Below, piece by piece: positions 1 through 5,879 of a stretch of 5,879 bases of DNA. Numbering within the stretch: the first letter of the stretch is position 1; each line of letters opens with the position of its first letter. The stretch is from Octopus sinensis. Its lineage: Eukaryota. The position numbers were made by a program, and so were the translations under genes. The stretch spans positions 1 to 5,879 of the forward strand of contig NW_021829814.1 in assembly GCF_006345805.1 (NCBI RefSeq), in the 5' to 3' direction. Below the pieces are notes generated by a model. That model was not told the origin of the DNA. It saw only the letters and a program-made list of their open reading frames with translations, and ran no database searches.

Positions 1-1
1 C

Positions 2-14
2 TATATATATATAT
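2..14. repeat. (TA)n microsatellite at the window edge
   Basis: tatatatatatat at 2-14. Confidence 0.85.
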
Positions 15-56
15 CATATATGATAACACACAGAGCACAAGTGTGATTAAGGCCCA

Positions 57-130
57 ATGATGGCTGGTGGCTGAGAAGATTGCTTCTCAACCACATGCTT
101 GGTTCAGTCTCATAGTGTGGCACATAAGCT
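57..130 (+). mobile_element. Degenerate tRNA-derived SINE 5' head
   Basis: A-box-like TGGCTGGTGG (61-70), a 7-bp stem TGAGAAG-ATTG-CTTCTCA (72-89) and B-box-like GGTTCAGTCTC (101-111), followed by gtgtggcac. Resembles a SINE head I recall from octopus DNA (not database-checked). Confidence 0.55.
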
Positions 131-282
131 AGATAAATAAATACTATGATAACGATGCTAGGTAAATGGGGGAAGTCATAGAAGGATGTGATTTCACAGC
201 TGCAGTAGGGAGATCCACCTACAAAGTGGGAAACATGAACAAACCTAACATTTAATGAAAAGATTTCTAGACTAGACATGCA

Positions 283-388
283 AGAGGCAAGACATTTGCA
301 AGCTGGAACGACAACAACTTTACTAGGAGAGCAGTAACCTCTAAATGAAAAAGTGTTACAGTGTAGAAGAAACCAGAAAGACCAGCTT
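283..388 (+). mobile_element. Possible highly decayed RTE-type LINE C-terminal fragment
   Basis: Across frameshifts it reads xARHL / ASWNDNNFTRRAV / KPERP, loosely like the WAGHxARxxDNRWTxxV...GRP motif. Weak match. Confidence 0.2.
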
Positions 389-694
389 TCTAGTGTCACT
401 GACATGATAGTATACACTATGATACAAAGTAGTTAGTTATTTGAAAAACCATACCAAAATTATGTTAATCATAAATACTATGTAAAATCCTATCCATGAC
501 ATATAAGAAAGTGTGAGAGCACTTAGCTCCAGTCACTCTTGAACTTCCTTAGCCAGATTTGTAGATAACTCATGCTGACTTCTCATGCAAAGGAAAACAT
601 ATATCTTGTTCAACTGTATAAAGAAATACAGACTTTGAAATGAAACATCCTGATAATACCAGCTCCCCCCACTCTCTCTTCTTTCTTTATATAA

Positions 695-695
<1 letters not shown>

Positions 696-726
<31 letters not shown>
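696..726. repeat. (TG)15 microsatellite
   Basis: Perfect dinucleotide run. Confidence 0.95.
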
Positions 727-728
<2 letters not shown>

Positions 729-1165
729 CTCCATCTATTTCTGATTTGAAGTCATAGGAAGAATGGTGCATTAATTCTTTCTTTCATGAGAAAGCTACCT
801 GCAGGAATTTATCTATTTATGAATCAGCCCTACCAATCAGTGCCAAGGCTGCCTATGTATGGAATGAAATATGTAAAAACAATATATGTAGTAAAATAAG
901 GAATAGATCCTCAAACATTAAGCATCTTCCTTATATTTCCACTAAGAATTACCTTGTATTTCAATAGTTAAGCTTTATAAAGAGAAATTGATTGAGTTTA
1001 GCTTTGGTCTTTACAAATACTTCGACAAAGGCTTTTTAAGACTGAAATATTGAAATATAAGGCAAAAGCTGAAGTTTTTTGAGTTTGCTTTTGTTTACAC
1101 TCTTTTATAACAAGCTAGATCAGTGTTGGCTTTCTAAAATACTTTCAATTCAATTTCATAATGAC

Positions 1166-1216
1166 ACATATATACTATACCACATATACATACATACATG
1201 TGTACGTACATACATG
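1166..1216. repeat. Degenerate (TACA)/(TA) low-complexity tract
   Basis: cacatatatactataccacatatacatacatacatgtgtacgtacatacatg; directly precedes the R4-like fragment. Confidence 0.7.
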
Positions 1217-1218
1217 CA

Positions 1219-1717
1219 AAGATGAGCATATATGAGCAGAAAACTATGCATGTATATGTTAGTAGAAAGCTCTGAGATGATAGTAACATTGATCATCAAA
1301 GCAGTCTATCATTGACCAACAGCCGGGTTATGACCTTCCACTTTGAAGGGGATGCGTTTGCAATCCTGGAACAGGAAACATCAACGAAGTACCTGATGCA
1401 CAAAATGGATAGAGATGTGGGAAACCATGACAAACCATGCAGACCTTGTGAGTTGACACCAAAGACATCACCCACATCATAAGCAGTTGTCTGAAACTAT
1501 TATCCCAATATTATCTTCCGATAAGATAAGATGTTGTAGCTAGGATATTCTCTAATATGTAACCTGTCAGAAGGATAACCCCAAGGACAAAGAAATAAAA
1601 ACCCACTGTATGGTAGAAGTCAAAGCCACTCATAATAAAAAAAAAGAGTACTAGTGGAATGTTCCAGTGAAAATCTCAATAAAATGTAAGCACAACAAAC
1701 CTAATATAATGATCTAG
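1219..1717 (+). mobile_element. Decayed R4/Dong-like (RLE-type) non-LTR retrotransposon fragment: post-RT region, CCHC zinc knuckle and start of the PD-(D/E)xK endonuclease
   Basis: Frame 1 (1219-1461) reads KMSIYEQKTMHVYVSRKL*DDSNIDHQSSLSLTNSRVMTFHFEGDAFAILEQETSTKYLMHKMDRDVGNHDKPCRPCELTP. Frame 3 (1461-1559) reads KDITHIISSCLKLLSQYYLPIR*DVVARIFSNM. Frame 2 (1646-1717) reads EY*WNVPVKISIKCKHNKPNIMI*. These match, in order, the R4-clade motifs KxLHG, EG..AIQ(D/E)Q, CRxC...HIxSxC, RHDxV and W...HNxPD. Confidence 0.85.
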
Positions 1718-1785
1718 GTTAGAAATCAGCTCTCTCTCTACTGGCAAGAAATCTTGAAATCAAACTGAATCATGACATGCATACA
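1712..1785 (+). repeat. Short interspersed-repeat fragment, family unassigned
   Basis: gttagaaatcagctctc...ggcaagaaatcttgaaatcaaactgaat...catgcatacat resembles a repeat I recall from octopus DNA. The R4 homology stops abruptly here. Confidence 0.3.
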
Positions 1786-1865
1786 TATGGAAAACAAATG
1801 CTAAATGATGATGATGATGATAAAGAAACATCATCATCACCATCATTTAACATCTGTTTTCTATA
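1786..1865. repeat. Inverted repeat (36-bp arms, 8-nt loop) formed by two tail-to-tail retroelement 3' tails ending in (GAT)n
   Basis: Left arm 1786-1821 is tatggaaaacaaatgctaaat(gat)5. The reverse complement of the right arm (1830-1865) is tatagaaaacagatgttaaatgatggtgatgatgat. 32/36 identical. Confidence 0.9.
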
Positions 1866-1876
1866 GACATTTGTGG

Positions 1877-1899
1877 GTGTGTGTGTGTGTGTGTGTGTG
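1877..1899. repeat. (GT)11 microsatellite
   Basis: Perfect dinucleotide run. Confidence 0.95.
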
Positions 1900-2449
1900 A
1901 CAGAAAGTGTGTAAGGGATAAATTATCCAGGTGGGTACTGTAATAGCTCCCAGTTATATTTCAGGTTATGGCTAATTGAATAAAGTATCAATGCTCACTT
2001 AGTATGAGCAATCTTGCTTTGATTCTTTTGATGGGTGACTCTCGATTCATTCCTCTGGATCATGAATATTATTAGGAGTGTAAATTTCAAACAATTACAA
2101 GAAATACAGAGACTGGTACATCATCAAATTTTTCTTTTCATTTTACAGTTGGTCATACATAATTAGTTGGTTAAAATGACCAACAGGTTTCTGCTCCACA
2201 GACTATGTACAAATGCACATGCAACCCAGCATAATATGCTGTGCACCTTCATTCAGGGTCTTTCAACAAGTGTAGTTTGAAGCAAACTGAGGTTATTTAT
2301 TTTTTCATGGCAAGTTTATTTCCTTATTTTCCCCTGTTTAAGATATAAAGGGAAGTGATGAGGGATATGTTGAAATCTGATATGGCTATAAAGTTTATCT
2401 TTAGGCTGCCGGCTAATTAACATCAGTTCCAGGAGGAAATTGGGAGTTT

Positions 2450-2462
2450 TATATATATATAT
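2450..2462. repeat. (TA)6 microsatellite
   Basis: tatatatatatat. Confidence 0.8.
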
Positions 2463-2796
2463 TAAATTAGGTCAAAATATATCTTAGTGTTTTGATAGGC
2501 TTTTTCTTTATGTTACAAGAGATTGAATAGAATTAATATCAAATTTTGTTATATTGATGGAGTTCTGTCAATATATTGTTTATGAAATCCAGAAGGAAGG
2601 TACACTTTAAAGTGAGTTTTATGTTATACATAAGTTATTGTACCTGTATGTGTTAGAATGACTTTAAAAAACAAAAAAATGGAAAATATTTTAAGCTAGT
2701 GATTAAAACGATATTTAGTTGAAAGTTGGTCAGATAAAGTTCCAACATATACTTCTACCATTCAGCACCCCACTTTTGTGTATTGGATATCATTTT

Positions 2797-3092
2797 TACT
2801 TCCATATAAGTGGAGCATCAACAAGCATTAAGGTGAAACTGGCAAATCAATTAAATTCATTTGAGGATAGAAATAAGTTGAACAACACTAGCTTCAGTCC
2901 ATTCATCTTGTTGCTTAAGGATGAAAATGCTAACTTTAGTATAGAATGAGAAAAAAATAGCATGGTTATACCTTATAAAACAAGGATGAAGAGTTGTGAT
3001 TTGTGCATAGAAAAATGTACCATATTTTTACATTGAAACACTTATTGCTAAATAGGAGAGAAGAAGAGGCCTTGAGATGTTTACATCTGCAT
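2797..3092 (+). mobile_element. Decayed Penelope-like element GIY-YIG endonuclease C-terminal region (possibly Naiad-type)
   Basis: Frame 1 reads YFHISGASTSIKVKLANQLNSFEDRNKLNNTSFSPFILLLKDENANFSIE*EKNSMVIPYKTRMKSCDLCIEK. After a frameshift near 3012, frame 3 reads YHIFTLKHLLLNRREEEALRCLHLH. This matches, in order and spacing, YIG..FKxRxxNHxxSF..TxLSxxIWxLK..IxW..PY..KxCxLCxxEK..LLNKRSE..CRH. HIS (CAT ATA AGT) is two transitions from YIG (TAT ATA GGT). Confidence 0.78.
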
Positions 3093-3200
3093 GGTAAAGC
3101 CTCTCAGGATTTTCATACAGGTATTGGGTAGAATGATAACACAGTCTTCTCACTTGCACACCACAGTGAATGCCTCTGATGCTTAGTTTTTCTGTCTGCA

Positions 3201-3730
3201 CAATTCTGCATAAAGAAGTGCAGATCACTGAAAGTGGATGGTATCTGCAGAAAAGGGAGACCCAAGAAGTCATGAAATGAAGTAGTAAGGACCGATCTCA
3301 GGATGTTAGTGAAACTGAGTCCTAGAAGTGTTGTGTCACACCAAAGTTAACAAGAAAACTTCTCTCACACCTTACCACAACAAACTAAACCACATTTCTA
3401 CATCTCTTCTCTTCCTTGCATTTCCACTTCATACACTATGCTTACCTTCCACTTCCCAATCCTGTCCTCTTGGCCACTTAAAAAGCATCCAGTCTACACT
3501 GAAAAATGGTTAGCATTTGTAAGGGCATCCAAACCTTGCCTGTGCTTGTGCCATGTAAAAATCACTAAGCCCACTCTGGTGAGTGGTTGGTGTTAGGAAG
3601 GGCATCCAGCTGTAAAAATCCTGCCCAAACAGTAACAGAAGTCTGGTGCAGGATTCTGCCTCGCCAGCTCCTATCAAATTGTCCTACCCATGCCAGCATG
3701 GGAAGTGGATGTTAAACGATGATGATGATG
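3201..3730 (+). mobile_element. RTE-like LINE 3' end (ORF C-terminus, 3' UTR pieces and (GAT)n tail), internally deleted or interrupted
   Basis: Frame 3 (3207-3308) reads CIKKCRSLKVDGICRKGRPKKS*NEVVRTDLRML, matching the RTE C-terminal GRPxKxWxExVxxD motif. 3541-3730 ends in catgggaagtggatgttaaac(gat)4g. Whether the ORF piece and the tail piece are one insertion is an inference. Confidence 0.75.
3473..3608 (+). repeat. Diverged direct repeat of about 59 bp (3473-3531 and 3550-3608)
   Basis: gccacttaaaaagcatccagtctacactgaaaaatggttagcatttgtaagggcatcca versus gccatgtaaaaatcactaagcccactctggtgagtggttggtgttaggaagggcatcca; both end in aagggcatcca. Confidence 0.75.
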
Positions 3731-4744
3731 TTATGCATGTTGTCTATACAACTGGAATATACCTGATGCATTTCTTTCCGGACATTTAGCATCCACAGGG
3801 AGAACCTCTCTGTTGTCAACAAAGGCAGTTGCTCCCTGGACTTTTATAACCTATCCTTACTCCACCTATTATGCTTTCACAACACTCATTTCTAATGCTG
3901 ATTAAGACAGTTAAGTTACGGAAGATACCGACTATTATCAAACTTGAGAAATTTCCTTTATTTCTTGGGAGTGCTTTTATGAAGGAAATCCCTTTCTCTA
4001 TAAGCCTGTCTTGTACCTTTTGTGTACTTATTGTTTACATTGGTTATATAGTATAGAGTGTTTACTGGCTCCCTTTCTACATAATGAGTGTGGCTACATC
4101 CAGTTTGGAGTAGTGTTTTGTTTTATTTTCTGCAAGCTAAAAATTTCATTTTTGCCAAAGTAACCTTTAGGCCCTTTCATTCTAGGCTCTGCTTTTATGT
4201 TAGGAACTTTTCTCCAAAACCTTTACCTGAACTGATTATGAGTACCTATGGCTGCATTTATGTAGAACGAATTGTTCTTGATGGTTGACCACTTAATATC
4301 TTACTTTTTTGCAACATGGTCTCTTAATAATTTGTCTGTCTAACTAAATTCATCTTTTCCTCATACTTAAAGGCGAAGTTTGTTTAAAGAAATGGCTAAA
4401 CAATACTGTAGCATCTAAAAACAAGGAATCTCTAACTTAGTTACTCGTTGTCAATTATTGTAGCATTGCCACTATTTATAATGATACTTGTTTACACTAT
4501 AACTATGTAGTAACAATAAATATGTAATGAAGCAGGGTCACAACCTAACAATACAACAAGTGCTCCACAAACTATAAATGAATCAACAAATGATATTCTG
4601 ACAAACTCTCCAAATGACACTTTACGACTTTCTGCAATTAACGCCTATTCTCTCTCATTCTGACCCCTATTATTTATAGTCGTTCAGTCGAGTCTGTTCT
4701 CACAGGGGGTGTCATGACTCTCGCCACAACACAGGGAAAGGATG

Positions 4745-4800
4745 AAAAGATCATAACTAGAATGCCTTTGGTAAAATGTCTGTTCAATCAAGGCTAACTT
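4745..4800 (+). repeat. Interspersed-repeat fragment, family unassigned
   Basis: gatcataactagaatgcctttggtaaaatgtctgttcaatcaaggctaac resembles a repeat 3' region I recall from octopus DNA (unverified). Confidence 0.3.
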
Positions 4801-5091
4801 ATTCAGATATAATGTTTTTCAGCTTTTTCATTACCTTTAACTCGAGATGATTGACTTAACCACTGAACAGATTGTTTCCTTTCAGCTTATATTCAGTTTC
4901 TTGGATGCTGCTCTTGAATTTCATTTCTAAAATATAGTTGGCATTTCTTATGCATCACAAACTTTGAAAAGTATTCTATAGAATATCTTTTAAAGAAGCA
5001 GGTAGGTAAGCCAAAATGCAAATTTCTTAAAAACAAAACTTAACTTTTGCTGATGAAGTCCTATTAAATTCATAAAATAATTATAAAATAA

Positions 5092-5124
5092 ATCATCATC
5101 ATCACCATCGTCGTCGTCGTCATC

Positions 5125-5183
<59 letters not shown>

Positions 5184-5207
5184 CATCATCATCCCATCAT
5201 CATCATC

Positions 5208-5238
<31 letters not shown>

Positions 5239-5276
5239 TCATCATCATCATCACCATCATCATCACCATCATCACC

Positions 5277-5307
<31 letters not shown>

Positions 5308-5324
5308 CCATCATCATCATCACC

Positions 5325-5356
<32 letters not shown>

Positions 5357-5384
5357 CATCATCATCACCATCATCATCATCACC

Positions 5385-5416
<32 letters not shown>

Positions 5417-5435
5417 CATCATCGTCGTCGTCGTC
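5092..5435. repeat. 344-bp compound (ATC)n microsatellite with ACC and GTC variant units
   Basis: ATC triplets with interspersed ACC, (GTC)4 blocks at 5110-5121 and 5424-5435, and one phase slip (CC) at 5194-5195. It accounts for the poly-Met ORF at 5189-5422. Confidence 0.97.
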
Positions 5436-5879
5436 TAATTGTTCAATATTTGTTAGATTGAGACAAATTTCTACTGCGTCACCTGCTACACTGCTGTGTT
5501 GCTGGGGGTTGCAGCATTGTATGTTCTTTTCTGCTGTTGGGAGTGTGCATCTTCCCAGTACTCTACTCTATTACCTTTTTTCCCCTTGAGATGTGGTGCT
5601 GTCTTCTGTTGTGTTACTGCTCATAGTATGTGTTGAGTGTGTAGTGCTTTGGCTGTTTAGCTTGCTGGTGGAAGTATATTTCACTGGGTAAATGATGTAT
5701 AGAGTGTGTCTTGTATTTGTAGGTTGTTTTGTTTAGGTTGTATTATTGGATTGATAGTGTCTTGCATAGAATGTGGGCTCTTCCTAGTAGGGCTATTTTT
5801 TAAAAAGTGTGTAGTGTTGAGGATCCAGGTATAGCTTCTACACTTCTGTTCATATGTTTTTTTATCATGCCCAATGCTC
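5436..5879 (-). mobile_element. 3' end of an R4/Dong-like RLE-type non-LTR retrotransposon (ORF C-terminus 5877-5743 and about 300 bp putative 3' UTR), running off the window
   Basis: The minus strand at 5877-5743 reads ALGMIKKHMNRSVEAIPGSSTLHTF*KIALLGRAHILCKTLSIQ*. This matches the R4-clade C-terminus GALG..IPG..LQKxALLGTAHILRKxL, with TAA where CAA (Gln) is expected. An A/C-rich stretch follows down to the (GAT)n array; the exact 3' boundary is inferred. Confidence 0.82.

Noticed and set aside
1-417. 138-aa ORF on the - strand
   Set aside because: No recognisable domain. It runs antisense across a SINE head and into a (TA)n repeat.
2149-2183. 8-bp inverted repeat TTGGTCAT...ATGACCAA after a strong-looking splice acceptor
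   Set aside because: The stem is short enough to arise by chance, and all three frames after the acceptor are closed.
2355-2385. C/D box snoRNA-like GTGATGA...CTGA
   Set aside because: The boxes are only about 25 nt apart, with no terminal stem and no distal D box.
3056-3120. Apparent 65-nt exon (tag|...cag|gtattg) encoding REEEALRCLHLHGKASQDFHT
   Set aside because: The peptide is better explained as the LLNKRSE..CRH tail of the Penelope-like GIY-YIG relic, whose frame extends upstream through the supposed acceptor.
4080-4220. Minus-strand FWRK...PNW*P resembling the pre-RT region of R4 elements
   Set aside because: The motif spacing is about 12 residues shorter than I recall and the identity is too low to call.
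3328-4288. Short ORFs 3328-3513, 3871-4056 and 4088-4288 (+), plus 3028-3273 (-)
   Set aside because: All are 61-81 aa with no domains, and two overlap retroelement relics. They are not supportable as genes.
4706-4770. Apparent 65-nt exon (cacag|...ttg|gtaaaa) encoding GVMTLATTQGKDEKIITRMPL
   Set aside because: No recognisable protein, the 3' half overlaps a probable repeat fragment, and there is no convincing phase-compatible partner exon. Spliced RNA-seq reads would be needed.
4938-5005. Possible exon ending at cag|gtaggtaag with one open frame (WHFLCITNFEKYSIEYLLKKQ)
   Set aside because: The donor is good, but there is no homology or linked exon. It cannot be supported from sequence alone.
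5050-5085. CTGATGA hammerhead ribozyme core motif
   Set aside because: There is no downstream stem II plus GAAA and no closing stems. I also found no hammerhead core next to the Penelope-like relic.
5189-5422. 77-aa poly-Met ORF on the - strand, and a poly-His reading on the + strand
   Set aside because: Both are artefacts of the (ATC)n array. The His frame has an upstream TAA at 5073 and no start codon, and the array has a phase slip at 5194-5195.
1-5879. Prokaryotic-type systems (CRISPR array, operon, defence locus), tRNA or rRNA genes
   Set aside because: There is no repeat-spacer array or gene-dense organisation. The only tRNA-like signal is the degenerate SINE head.

Overview
AT-rich, repeat-dense eukaryotic DNA. 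I can support no intact protein-coding gene, and none of the seven ORFs in the track looks like a functional CDS. The window is a mosaic of decayed retroelements and microsatellites. It holds a tRNA-like SINE head (57-130) and a + strand R4/Dong-like non-LTR fragment covering the zinc knuckle and start of the RLE endonuclease (1219-1717). It also holds a Penelope-like GIY-YIG endonuclease relic (2797-3092), an RTE-like LINE 3' end with a (GAT)n tail (3201-3730), and a second R4-like 3' end on the - strand (5436-5879) that abuts a 344-bp compound (ATC)n array. Two (GAT)n tails meet tail-to-tail to form an 80-nt hairpin (1786-1865). The repeats resemble ones I recall from octopus genomes, so an octopod source is an inference, not a search result. 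All family calls rest on hand translation against remembered motifs. I found no convincing new biological system. The best leads are the GIY-YIG relic with an in-frame TGA, the tail-to-tail hairpin, and a possible (GAT)n-targeting R4 family.
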